Of a stretch of DNA of 64,000 bases, positions 51,780 through 64,000 are shown piece by piece. The DNA lies in NCBI RefSeq assembly GCF_036321535.1, contig NC_087437.1, forward strand, positions 111,664,001 through 111,728,000. Reading direction: 5' to 3'. Position 1 is the stretch's first letter. Each line of letters starts with the position of its first letter. The translations under genes and the position numbers were made by a program. The notes beneath the pieces are model-generated. The model had not been told where the DNA came from, made no database searches, and saw only the letters and a list, made by a program, of their open reading frames with translations. This stretch comes from Camelus dromedarius. Taxonomy: Eukaryota.

Positions 51780-54700
51780 ATGACTGTGAGAGAGGGACTG
51801 GGATCCCTTATTCTGCACACAGGGAAGCCAAGGCTCAGAGGAGCTGAGCTATTTGCTTGAAGATACCGAGTGGCCAGTGGCAAGGCAGGGTTCAGACTCA
51901 GCTTCTCCAAGAGAGGATACCCTGCAGAATTTTGAGAGATGGAAACCTCACGAGCTGGAGTGATCCCAGTTAACTTCGCTCCATCCTTGTCTGTCCTTCT
52001 ACACGTTCATCACTCCCAGAAGTCGTTGGAGAGATTTACTGGTTAAGTGCCCATGTCTCCGCTAGACATTAAGCGTCTCAAGGGCAGATGTTTGTCATCT
52101 TAGTCATTGTCATTTTCCGGTGCCTGGGACAGAGCTGGCACTTATTAAGGACTTAATAAGTGACTGGATGGTGAATCCTCTGGTGTCATGAGCCATCCTG
52201 CAGCTGATTGTCACCCCACATTTGCTATTTATAGGTATTCAATTTTAAAGAAATAAAAGGACTCAATGGGTTATTTGGTTTTATTGAGGGATGTTTAGAC
52301 ACATTCATCTCAGCAAGGCACGACCAAGCCTGAATTTCACGTCAAAGGAAAGAGGCTCTGAACACACTGTCAGGTATTAGTGAAATGGAGTCACTACTAG
52401 AAGTGGGTGGTCACTCTGGATTTGGTCCCCAGCCCACTGCTCCTCGTCTCCCAGCAGGTCAGCCCACTGCAGTGAAGGGCAGGATGCCAGGCTGAGCCAT
52501 CTCAACACGAGCACCACCCTCATGGTCGCTAGAAAGCATCGCCCCAGCCAACTCTCAGACGCATCCTCGTCCCCATGTAGGGATGTGATCTGAAGACCGG
52601 ACTGGGGTCCCTGGGCACCCACCCAGGGGAGGAGGCCTTTCTACAGGAGAGGCCTCGGCCAGAGTAGTCAAAAGTGAGCTGGGAAGATTCTGGCAAAATC
52701 AGCCAAATAAACAGTAGATTGAGCGAATCCAAAAGCGTGTTTCCCCAGGTCAGGCTGCAGGTAGCTTTGCTGCATTAGTGCAGCCAAGTGCACATAGGGG
52801 ACAAGAAGACTAGAAACAGAGCTGAGGGGCTTGTCCCAGGAAGGCGAGACACAGAGGCTGGCAGAACAGACACGAAAATGTCCAAGGGTCCTGGATAAAT
52901 GATTTCTCTTTGGGCCATTTAAGTGGTCTGTGAAATGTCTTCTTAGGAGCTTTTGAATGTACCCTCCTGTCAATAATAGAGACCCACTCCTTGAATTCAT
53001 TCTTGAATTTAGATCATGGTCTGAAGCTCATAGAAGATTTCTGAAATTAGGGAAATGGAAAGGAGCGTGCGTGCGTACATGTGTGTATGTGTGTGTGTGT
53101 GTGTGTGTGCTGGAGGCTTGGGGAAGGCAGTTTGTTAGCTGCTCAGACATCGCACCCCTGCAGCTTGTGCGGAAGGAGACTTCTGTAGATGGACTTGCTC
53201 GGGACTTGATGTCTGCCATCCCACCTAGCTGGTGTGTCACTGCGCGCCCTCCGTGGCCTAATGTTTCTGTCCCTGCCTTGGGCTGGGGCTGTGTGTGTCT
53301 TCAGCCTCCGGCAGAGCTCTCTGTGGACTCCCAGGGTGCACGGGTGCGAAAGCAGCACGTCTCCTGAGTTGGGAAGGTATCATTGTTCCAGATGAAAGGG
53401 ACTCCGGGATATCAGACAAACCCACATCAAAACAGAAACATAATAACACGTTCCAAAGTTGGAGTTACATGATCCCCTGTCAGGGAGGACGACTGGAAAT
53501 CAGCATCACCTTGTCACATACGTGTGGACTCTGAAGTGTTCCCACGGCCTCCAATCTTGGCTTCCACGACAGAAAGTTATTATCACATCCCTGAGTGCTG
53601 TCAGACCAGGCCCCATACGCTTTGTGCTTTCACCCGACAGTAGCAGGGCCCCACGGGTGGAACCCTCGCCCTGGCCTCTCGGTGTCTTATAAGTTTGAGC
53701 TGGAGCTTGTGTTGGCTCCAGATCTGAGGGTCCAGGCACCTAAGAGGCCACGGGCCGCCACTGGGAGAGTCCCGAGGGCTTGCTGCAGCTGATGAAATGC
53801 ACAGCATTCACTTGAGCCTGGAATGAACCGAGGCTAAAACGAGACTCATACCAACAGGAGTACAGTGTGAAGATTCTGTTTAATAAGGAGACTAATGCCT
53901 TTATTTTTCTAGAGTCTGTACTAGGAAAAGAGGTCACAAAAGCCTAAAGTGGTCCAATTATTGCCCTTAGTGTAAAGCCTGGGGCCGTGGAGGGAGCGCT
54001 GGCCCGAGCTTGGGGTTCCAGCCAAGTGGCAGCTTTGGACACAAAAAGGGGCTGAAACAGGAGGAGCTGGGCCAGCTCCCTGCCAGGGCTCCATCTAAGC
54101 AACATCTGGTGGTTCTGCGACTTCAAACTAGTTGGTTCAGGTGACTTGGAAGCCTCGTTTCCAATGGGCTTGCTAAGATGGCAGGATCTCAGCAGACTTG
54201 TTGTAAACGTGGCCTGGAGAGTGATCACTGGGCAGGAGGCTTACCTGAGCCAAGAGACACTGAGGATCTGATGGTTGAGAAGCTCTCCTGGAAATAGAAT
54301 TCAGACCCTTACTCCCTAGGAACAGAGGGAGAGGAAGAAAGGCAGCTAACACGATGGAGCCCCCTACACAGGGCTCCAAGCCTAGTGCTGTAGACCTAGG
54401 ACCCCTCCCATCACGCACTCAGCAGATGACTGTGTCACCCCTGCTATGCACCGGACACTGGGGATTTGGTGAAGAACAAGGCAGTTTGGCCCCAGCTTTC
54501 ATGGAACTTGCCTTCTATGGGGCAATAAAGGACAAACACAGCAACAGAGTGATATTCGAGAGGCTATGAGACCTAATGACTGGGGACCTGGTCCAGACTG
54601 GGGCTGGGGACACAGAGGGCTGGATGAAAAGGGGAGACAGAACATTCCAGGCAGAAGGAACAGCACGCGCAAAAGCACAGATGTGTGAAGCTGTCTGGCC

Positions 54701-55143
54701 CCATGAGGGCTGGAGAGAGGCCGATGGGCAGGAAAGCAGAGAGCAGAGGGTGGGTCTTGGGATTTGAACTTGGAGAGGGTGTTTGAACAGGCCAGGCCCT
54801 AGTAAGCATCATTGGCGGTGGTCAGGATTCGATTTTTTCTTACAGAAGGAGGGGGACCATTTACAGGTTTTAAGTAGGGCAGTAATGTGATCTGCTGTGC
54901 ATTTTTAAAAAAGATTACAATGGCTACAGTGGGAAAGATGGATGAGAAGGGAAGAGAGGAGAGAGGGGACCAACTGGAGGCAGGGAAGAAGTTTTATCAT
55001 TCCTGTTTTCCAGATAAATTCACTAGCTCCAAGGACACCTTTGTGAACATGAAAATACAAGCCAGTCACCAGGAGATATTCACAGTATATGTGCTGTCAA
55101 ATGATTATTATCAAGAATATATAGAAACATGTTCCTCTGTAAC

Positions 55144-55328
55144 TACTATATATAAAATAACAAGTTTTTACTGTATAGCCCAGGGAGCTATATTCAATCT
55201 CTTACAGTAACCCATAATGAAAAAGAATATGAAAAGGAATATATGTATGTACATGTATGACTGAAACATTATGCTGCACACCAGAAATTGACACAACATT
55301 GTAAATGGACTATATGTCAATAAAAAAA
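55144..55328 (+). mobile_element. Young L1 3' end
   Basis: CTGTATAGCCCAGGGAGCTATATTCAAT...CCAGAAATTGACACAACATTGTAAATGGACTATATGTCAATAAAAAAA. Confidence 0.8.
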
Positions 55329-55383
55329 GAATATATATAGTTCCTATATATATTCTTTTTTCTGATTTTTTAAGTGTGCAGGG

Positions 55384-55482
55384 TTTTTTTTAATTGAAGT
55401 ATAGCTGATTTACAATGTTGTGTTAGTTTCTGGTGTATAGCATAGTGATTCAATTACATATATACATATATATATATTCTTT
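55384..55482 (-). mobile_element. Short L1 3' end, opposite orientation
   Basis: TTTTTTTTAATTGAAGTATAGCTGATTTACAATGTTGTGTTAGTTTCTGGTGTATAGCATAGTGATTCA, reverse complement of an L1 terminus. Confidence 0.8.
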
Positions 55483-57719
55483 ATATGTAAGAGGGAAAGC
55501 ACAAAAAACCCAGTTTAAAAAAGTGGGACCACGACATGAGGCAGCATTTTGAGAAGAGGGAATGGGTGAGCATCTGAAGAGATGTACGCATAACTGGGGA
55601 TCAGGGAAATACAAATCAAGCCATAGTGAAATGCAATTTGATTCCCATGTGGTGGGGAATGAACAAGAAGCCTGTCCGTAGCTGGTGCCGGAGAAGCTGA
55701 GGATTCCCAGGATTCGTCACTCGGTGCAACCACTTTGGAAACCACTTTGGCAGTATTTCCCCAAATGGACATACCTTACAGCTCTTCCAAATCCCTCCCA
55801 GGGCAGGACCCGAGAGAAACCCTTGCCCTTGTCCACCAGCTACAGTTACAGGAATGAGCACGGCTACAAAAGAGCAGAAACCCCACAGCAACCCAGATGC
55901 CCACCAGCAGGCGAGTGAGTGAATAAACTATGGTCAAGACAACAGAACAGCATGCTGCAATATGACGTTAAGTAAAAAACAAAACAAATGCCAAGCACCA
56001 AACTGTATCTGTAGTGTTACACCCTTTTCATAAAGTTTTTAGGAATACACAGAGATGCAATAAACTATATAAAAGGGCAAGCAGGGAAGGAATGACCGTG
56101 GAATTCAGGTGTTGGTTACCTTGATGGGGGAGGTGGGGCAGGGGAGAGGGGAACCCACAGGGTAGACACAGGTATTGTCAAAGCCCGAGCTCCCATTTTG
56201 GGGGGGGGGGCTTATTCACAGAGCAGGTACTGATTACAGAATTTCAAGTAATTAATCAAATAAATAAACATAAAGGAAGGCCACGCATTGACTGACAAAG
56301 GGAACATGTTGCATCCTGGGAATTATGATTCTTTTGATTCCGTCTGCCTGGAGACCTTAAGAAGAAACAGGGACAGGAAGGGAGAGAGAGGGAGAGAGAG
56401 AAGGACAGTAATTAGCCCGCAGTTACCCACCTGTCTGGGGGTGGAGCGAGACCTTGGCCCCTCCTCTGTCCTGGCCTGAGCACCTCGTTTGCCTGCGACA
56501 CCACCGCTGGGAATGATGGCTTCTGGGACGAGGAGAGGAGAGGACTGTGGGTGGTCATTGTTTCCCAGAAGCTTGACCAGCACAGGATTCTTTCTGCCTG
56601 GAGCTGACCTTTCCCTCAACTGGGATGTCTGGAAAAGGTTACAAAAGGGTGGGACTCAGTTTCCCCATCCACAGCACTCCTTACAGGCACTGCAAGAAAT
56701 GATGGCCCCAAGCATGCTGGGATGGGGTTCAAGGCTTATGCTTTCCCAGGAGAAGGAGGGGATGAATTGTGGCTGAGTTGAAAGCCCACATCAGAGTAGC
56801 ATGAGAACAGAAGGGACTGGAGAGGACAGTGGCTGGGAGGCTTGGGTGGGTGGGGATAGGACGCAGCAAGACAGGAAAGGAGAAGGATGGAAAGGAAAAG
56901 GAAGGTGAGAGTGAGGTCGGGAGTGAGGAGTCCACTCCTGGCAGAGGCTTTGATGTGCAGGGGAGAAGGAGAAAGGATTTACCCCATCAGATCAGGGCCT
57001 CGGGTCTTAGCATCATTTTGTGTATTATGGTTTAATGACTGTGCCCCAAATGCCAGTGTCTCCCAACCCCCATTCTACCACCACTCCCAGAAATGAACAT
57101 AGCACAAAGGATATGTGTCTGTATTTGACCACATCTTCAAAATATCATGACCATTAGGAAAAAATACATTGTTATTAACAGCACTACAGACGCAGCTCAC
57201 TGCCCTTCCCCCAGCCAAAATCAATTTTGAGCTTAGACTTCTATGTCTTAAAGGGAGTGATGAGATTGTGCTTGCAGGGCCAATGGCAGCAAAGGACATT
57301 TGAGTCCAGTGACTCCGCCAGTGACTTGAGCGGTGAGTGAAGGAAGCCGAATGGGGAAGTTTCAAGTTTCAAGAAGATAACGTGTCCCACTTAGATCTCT
57401 CCCGTCAGATCACAGTGGCTGGATCCCTTGACGGGAAACTTAACAACCCTCGAGTTCTGAACCTCCAGTCTGCACCTCTGGGGAAGGACAGACGCAGCAG
57501 CAAAGATAGCAGTCTGCAGTATTCGAGTGTAGTGAGACGGGAGGCTGTGTGCCTGGAGGAGGATGGTTGTGTTGAGAATTTGGAGCAAATGCCAGTGGTT
57601 CTCCATGCACGTTAGCAGCTTGAATCTCCAGACCTGGGTTCCCATCCTGACGCCACCTAAAGAGGCCAACTGAGCTGGACAGTAGCTCCCCTTCTGGGCC
57701 TCAGCTTGAGCCTCTATAT

Positions 57720-57917
57720 CAGGGATCCACAAAGTATGGCCCCCTGGCTGATTTTGTAAATAAAGTTTTATTAGAACACTGCCACACCTGTATCATCTGT
57801 GGCTGCTTTCATGTTACGACAGCACAGTTGAATAGTCTTCAACACACATTGTGTGGCCCACAAAGCCTTGAAATATGTATTATCTGATCCTTTACAGGAA
57901 AAATCTGTCAACTCCTG
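57720..57917 (+). mobile_element. MER58A-like hAT-Charlie MITE
   Basis: CAGGGATCCACAAAGTATGGCCC...TTTTGTAAATAAAGTTTTATTAGAACAC...CCTTTACAGGAAAAATCTGTCAACTCCTG; degenerate 8-bp TSD ctctatat / atctacat. Confidence 0.8.
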
Positions 57918-58692
57918 ATCTACATTATGAGGGCATTAGCTGGATCATTACTTCCCAAAATGGGCGTACTAACTCCACAAGGGGTACGCAACTGAAGAGT
58001 AGTAGTCCTTTCCACATCGGGTTAGTGTAACAATTAGCCACACGTAAGGCTTTAGACCAGATTCCATAGTACAAATTAGCATTAGTTCTATTTCTATTAT
58101 TATTATACAATGATTTGGATGTAGAAAGAACTACCAGACCCTGTATCTATATTTATTTTTTAATCTAAAAGAAATTACGCTTTGTAACATTTACTGTATT
58201 AGTTCTTACATTTGTATGTATACTTTACATATAAATTAATTTTTCAAAATTTACTACTGTTAATAATAGCTAACAGTTTGTTGAACATTTACTATGTGTC
58301 ATTGAGTGCTCTGAGAGCTTCACAGAAATGAAAAGAGAGGGGCTTTTAGCTCCATTTTACAGATGAGGGAACTGAGACACAGGGAGGTTACACACAACTA
58401 GTAAGTGGCAGATCTGTATTTGAATACGGGGGTCTGCCTCTCAGTCCCTCTACTCCTCTGCTATGTGTCCTCTTATAAATATACATATATTGACTATATA
58501 TGCTCCAAACCTTTTCTTTTTTAATTAGTGGAGGCATATGATCAGTTAGGTGTGGATGGTCTCAAAGATGCTCTCCAGGGCTGGCATTCTACATTAACCG
58601 CCTGCCTGGGCACATACCTGTTTCTATGGGACTCTGGCCTTATGAAGACTGACAGTTCCTCCAGGTCCTGATATGTTTTCTTTTCCCCACAG

Positions 58693-59069
58693 CCCACCCT
58701 GAGAGAGCCGCCCTGCTGTTCATGTCCAGTGTCTGCATCGGGCTGGCACTCACGTTGTGTGCCTTGGTCTTCAGAGTGTCCTGCACCAAGGACTTCCGGG
58801 AGCTGCAGCTGGCGAGGGAGCACCTGGTGCCAGGAAGTGACAAGGCCGAGGAGGACAGCCAGGATGAAGACGGGGAGGAGGACTCCTCTGACTCTGATTT
58901 TCCAGGGGAACGGTCAGGATTCTGTAGGACTACATATCCTGTCTACAGTTCTATAGAGGCTGCAGAGCTGGCAGAACGGATTGAGCGCAGGGAGCAAATC
59001 ATCCAGGAAATATGGATGAACAGTGGTTTGGACACTTCACTCCCAAGAAACATGAGCCAGTTCTACTGA
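58693..59069 (+). CDS. EVA1C: EVA1C terminal coding exon 8: transmembrane helix and acidic cytoplasmic tail, stop TGA
   Basis: ttccccacag|CC CAC CCT GAG AGA GCC... = HPERAALLFMSSVCIGLALTLCALVFRVSC...AAELAERIERREQIIQEIWMNSGLDTSLPRNMSQFY*; HPERAAL and ERREQIIQEIW motifs typical of the EVA1 family; ORF 58722..59069. Confidence 0.97.
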
Positions 59070-59246
59070 AAACTAGACGCATCTTGATGCTACCACACTT
59101 CCTGAAGAGGGAAGGAGATCCAAAATGCCCCTCCGGTTCTGTTTCACTTGTACCTTCTATGAAGGAGAATTTGTCATGTCATTCAATACTGGGGAAGCCA
59201 GAAAGCTCTTAAAGGGACATTTCAAACTGTTTACAGCACATTTCAA

Positions 59247-59252
59247 AATAAA
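59247..59252 (+). terminator. Probable EVA1C polyadenylation signal AATAAA
   Basis: AATAAA ~180 nt after the stop, followed ~15 nt later by a GT/T-rich tract (gtctttgttttctggattt). Confidence 0.7.
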
Positions 59253-59557
59253 TTAGGAGGGAAGAAGTCTTTGTTTTCTGGATTTATTTAAATTCATGTC
59301 TGTGGGCTAACAGAGTTCACATTTATTGAGCACTTAGAAGACCAGGCATCGTTCTAACTGCTTTCATGTATTAAGTCATTGAATGCTCAGGACGGCTTTG
59401 TGATATAGTGCTGTCATTCTCATTTTATAGATGAGTAAACAGGAGATCCTTATCTATCCACAAAAGAATTATACTAATATTCAGGATGGCAAGTATGAGT
59501 TCAGTCACTACGTGTTCACTGGTGGTAGATTTTAATCACTAACATAATTTGTTTAGA

Positions 59558-59950
59558 GAAGTGGTTGGCAAAAAATTTTTAAGGGAAAGATAATAAATAT
59601 TTTAGGCATTGCAAGTCATATAACCTCTGCCACAACTACTCACCTCTGCCACTGTAGCTCAGAAGCAGCCACTACTTCGTAATGAATGAACATGGCTGTG
59701 TTTCAATAACTTTATTTATGGAAACTGTAATTTGAAATTGTTTCACATTCATAAGAATGTCACATATTCCTCTTTTTTTTTTAATCAATTATTTAAAAAT
59801 GTAAAAGCCATTCTTAGCTCATGGTCTGTACAAAGATAGTTAGTAGGCTGGATTTGGCCTGCCACTTGATTTTGTAAATATAGTATGGTTTTGAAAAGCC
59901 TAAAATATTTACTCTCTTGACCTGTACAGAAAAAGCTGGCTGACTCCTGG
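59558..59950. mobile_element. MER58B/MER58A-like hAT-Charlie composite
   Basis: ggttggcaaaaa...taaatattttaggc...acaactactcacctctgccactgtagc...ggctggatttggcctg, then aagcctaaaatatttact...acagaaaaagctggctgactcctg. Confidence 0.7.
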
Positions 59951-60652
59951 CTTAGAGTTTAAAACTGCAGAGCTTCTAGTGGTAAAAACAATCAACCAGA
60001 TTCCCCAGCAGTCCTGTGGGCAAAGAGCAAGTGGAGTTACCATTCAAATTATTGCCAAAAAAAAAAAAAAAAAAGTGTCCTACCATATTAGAGGGAGGGG
60101 TCCATGAAGGAGCAGAAGAAAAAGGAGTTAAGGAAACAGATTCCTGGTGAAAGAACTGGTGATGGTTTCCTTTAAAAGGCTCCCCCTGGTGGACAGGAGG
60201 CTTATAATTATGACGGACAATAAGATTTTTTTTTTTCTGTCTTGTCCCAGTGGGGCTTAAAGCATAAAAATGATGGTGTTATATCTATCTCATACGCCTA
60301 CTCTCAACGAGGTCTCTCTGCTTTATCACATCAACTGTGCAAGCAGGCATATGTAAATGAGGAAACTGAAGGCTGACAGATGAAGTATTGGGGCCAAGTT
60401 ACATGGTGCACAGTGCTGGAGCCAACACAGTCACCAGGTGATCAGGAAATACTAGCTGTTCCCTTAGGAACCCGAGAGATAACACTTACGACAGAAGGCA
60501 TTTCTTTCAGTTCCCAGATCCTGGGGGTGAAGGGCCCATCCGAGGAACAGAGAGGAGGGTGGGTGTAGAGGAAACAGTCTGTCTCTTGTCAACCAGCCCT
60601 GCTGCCCAGATTGGGGAAGGGCTGCAGTTTTGTTTGTTTTTTGTGAATTCAG

Positions 60653-61000
60653 TGTGTCTTAGTTCATTTGAGCTGCTATAACAAAAATACCATAGACTGT
60701 GTGACTTAAAAACAACAGAAATTTATTTCTTACAGTTTTGGAGGCTAGGAAGTCCAAGATCAAGGGGCCAGCAAATTCAGTATCTGGTGAGAGCCTGGAT
60801 TCCTGGTTCATAGTTGGTCATCCCCACATGGCAGAGGGGCCTGGGAGCACTGTGGGGTCTCCTCCTCATCCTTATAAAAGGGTATTAACTTTATCCATGA
60901 AGGCTCCACCCTCATGACCTAACCACCTCCCAAAGGCCCCGCCTCCAAATACCATCACATTGAGTATTAGGGTTTAACATGAGTTTTGGGGAGACACAAA
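60653..61000 (-). mobile_element. MaLR solo LTR (MLT1A0-like)
   Basis: tgtcttagttcatttgagctgctataacaaaaataccatagactg...ccctcatgacctaaccacctcccaaaggcccc. Confidence 0.82.
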
Positions 61001-61477
61001 TTTTTAATTGACACTAGAGTTGAAATTCACATGAAGCAGAATTAACCATTTAAAGCACACAGTCCAGTGGCTTTTAGTATATTCACAATCTTGTGAGACC
61101 ACCACTTCTGTCTAGTTCCAAAACATTTTCAGCACCAGAAAATAAAACCCCCTCCCCATTAAGCAGTCACTGCCCACGCCCCTCTCCCTCCAGCCTCTGC
61201 CTTCAGTTTCTATGCGTTTTCCTATTCTGGTTAGTTTATGTAAGTGGAATCACACAGGATGCAGTCTTTTGTGAGTGACTTCTTTCATTTAGCATAATGT
61301 CTTCAAGTTCATTCCTGTTGTAGCAGGAATCAGTACTTCCTCTTTTTTTTTACCATGAATCACATTTCTTTGTGTTGACATGCCGCATTCAGGCATTAAT
61401 TCATCCATTGGTAGACATCTGGTTGTTTCCACCATTAGCTATTGTGAATAGTGCCCCCGTAAACATTCATGTGTGGT

Positions 61478-61608
61478 TTTTTTTTTTTAAATTTGGGGGG
61501 GAATTAGGTTTATTTATTTTTTATTTTAATGGAGTTACTGGGGATTGAACCCAGGACCTTGAGCGTGCTAAGCACACACTCTACCACTGAGCTATACCCT
61601 CCCCCACC
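61478..61608 (-). mobile_element. tRNA-derived SINE (vic-1-like), long form, at the edge of an old L1 fragment
   Basis: Reverse-strand SINE with extension; 11-bp TSD TCATGTGTGGT at 61467-61477 and 61609-61619. Confidence 0.9.
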
Positions 61609-63119
61609 TCATGTGTGGTACTTTAACAGCAGTGAAATAACATATAAACATGGCAGCCACAGATAAAGTTGATGAGAAATCTCGTGGATTCCACTCAACA
61701 GAGGGAAGGGGGAGTGACAGTGAGGCAGGGTGACACCCCATCTCTCAACCCCTCTGCCAGTGTCAGACTGTGCCTCCCTTACACTCACCTGTGAAGGTGA
61801 GAGGGTAGAGACTGGTTGAGATAGGTGTCATACGGACAGGCTGGGGGTGGGTGGGTGGGGCTGGGCAGAGGCTGAAACTTCTCAGGACTTCACGTCCCTG
61901 AGTCCTCCATCCATAATGTAGGGGAATGGGAGAAGTTGACTGGGTGAGGATGACTCATTTTCAGTCTGTCGTTAGAGACGAAGATGAATCTAATGAATGA
62001 GAGAATGAACATATGGCTCCTTTGTCTAATTTCTTTGTGAGGATTTTGTTCTAAACAAAGAGCATCCTCATCCTCTGATTTCCTGAGCTCAGCAAAAACC
62101 ACTTTGGTACCGTCCCAGCTCCCAGGCAGCCTGTCCCCGTGGTCTCAGTTTCTAGCTCCCAAGCAGCATCTTCTCTGGCTCCAAGAACATAACTACTGTC
62201 CATCTGGTGACTTCCTGTGGCTAAAGAGAACATGGCAGCTGAAGATGTCCACTTTTCCAGTTGGAAAAAGAGCTATGCCCCCACTGACCTCAGTCTCAAA
62301 GCTCTTGCTGAACACCACAATGGGTTTTCCCTTATCTGAGTCTCCCCCCAGCCCCCCCACACAGGCACACCCTTCCCAGGTCGCCCAAGAAGGTGCTGGA
62401 AGACAGGCTGGCCAAGGCGAGGGTCGCTCTTTGGCCTGTGCAAATGCAGTGAGTGAGTTATTTGTATTTTCTGAGGCCAAGAGAAGAATGCTATGTTCTT
62501 CTCATGGAAGGAGCTGCAGGGTCCTGCTGAGAATGTGTTTGGATGGGCACCAAGCCTGGAGGAAAAGGACCGAACCAGATTTGGATGAGGGGTTGCTGGT
62601 GGAGCGTGGTGGCTGGCAGAAGGCGCCGCAGGGAACTCCACCCCGAGTGTGGGGCACACCTGGGCTGCTGCTCCTCAGCTTTGTGCATCTCTGGGCAACC
62701 GACACCCTGCTGTTTCCAAGCTGTGCGGTCCCGGAAGTCCTGTGAAAAGAGGCCAGTTCTCGGTGGGAGGTTTGCACATGTCCCTACTTCAGTTACTTGC
62801 TGCCAGTGCTGACTTTCAAGATGTGAGCTGCCTGCTGTAAAATTCAGCCCTTCTGGGTACACAGAGCTTGCCAGCGGGGCTGCTCCTGCTCGGTCAATGC
62901 TGGACCAGCTGCTGCCGCTTCAAGGAGAAGCAGAACACATCCAAGGACCAAGCAGTTCTTGGGAGGCCCTGTAAGCAGATCCCACAAGTGGACAGTGTGT
63001 GACGCTGACCTGCGCAGCTCCGTGCGTCGGGCCTGGCGGCCCCCGGGGACTATGAGGGGCCCGTGAACAGCCCACAGGTGCCCTCTTCTGCAGAGAATTG
63101 CCCCTTCGCCATTTTTGTC

Positions 63120-63437
63120 TAACAAAAATACCACAGACTATGAAAAACAGTAGCCCATGAGAAACAGAAGCTTATTTCTCACAGTCTGGAGTCAGGCAGT
63201 CTGAGCGCAGGGTGGCAGCAGGGGCGGGTGGGGGCCCTCTTCTTGGATGCAGACTTTCCGCTGTGTCTTCACATGGTGGAAGGGACAAGGGGGCCTCTTT
63301 TATAAGGGCACTAATCCCATTCATGAGGGCGCCACCTTTGTGGCCTAAAAGCCTTCCGAAATACCATCACCTTTGGGGGTTAAGATGTTAACATATGAAT
63401 TTGGGGTGGGGGTGACGCAAACATTCAGACCATAGCA
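63120..63437 (-). mobile_element. MaLR solo LTR (MLT1A-like)
   Basis: taacaaaaataccacagact...tataagggcactaatcccattcatgagggc...caaacattcagaccatagca. Confidence 0.78.
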
Positions 63438-64000
63438 ACTTTCTTATAAGTATTTCTCCTGAGAGCCCTGCTTCAATAACCCACTCATTCGAGGATCTCG
63501 GGAAGCTGACCTAAGACATCCAGTGTGAGGGGCCTGGGGGCATATCCATCCCTGTCAGGCCACACTGCTGGCACACTGTCACCCGCAGCCTCAGCAGGAG
63601 CCAGAGTGGACGGAACATCGGGGCCCCTCCCCACTAGCAAGTGATGTCAGGGAGCAGCCAGCCGTTCACACACCTGGCATCTGGTGAGTCTCAGAAGGCG
63701 GCGCCCACAAGGGCCCTCATTCAATCTGCTCCTGCCGTTCTTCGTGGGGGGGGGAGGCGCCTGTTCCTGGGCCAGGTCACCTGGGGAACCACGGCCTGAC
63801 GCTGAGTCCTCCCTGGCAGGCAGGGGAGCTGAGAGAGTGTTCTCATCCACTCTCCCTGGGGCTGGTCTACTCTCAGCAGCCCGTACGGTCCAGTGGGGGC
63901 CTCCTGGAAAGCACCACTGCTCTGAAGCTTTCACCCCACTCCCTGCCCTCACCCAGACTCTGGAACGCAGACGTCAACCAGACTAGACATGACTCTGTCC

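Noticed and set aside
61890..62862. Cluster of overlapping ORFs (up to 213 aa) downstream of EVA1C as a possible neighbouring gene
   Set aside because: No recognisable homology or consistent splice structure; overlapping ORFs on both strands suggest chance.

Overview
Mammalian genomic DNA, very probably from a camelid (six copies of a vic-1-like tRNA-derived SINE plus young L1 3' ends). The window holds coding exons 2-8 of EVA1C (C21orf63/FAM176C) on the + strand: two SUEL/rhamnose-binding-type lectin domains, a stalk, one transmembrane helix and an acidic EVA1/FAM176 cytoplasmic tail. All introns are GT-AG and the joined frame is open (1166 nt in window, stop ending at 59069, AATAAA at 59247). 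Exon 1 is not in the window. The rest is intron and 3' flank filled with L1, L2, MIR, MaLR/ERVL LTRs and DNA-transposon MITEs; nearly all listed six-frame ORFs are non-coding noise. I find no convincing new multi-gene system. The best oddities cluster at exon 5: a ~325-bp sense 18S rRNA fragment ~13 nt after the splice donor, with AT->GC-skewed divergence; an open 53-codon read-through into it; and a Gly->Arg change in the second lectin motif. Also notable are strictly alternating SINE orientations that bracket in-frame exon modules. Repeat subfamily names and human comparisons are from memory of consensus sequences and need RepeatMasker/BLAST confirmation; repeat boundaries are approximate unless a TSD is given.
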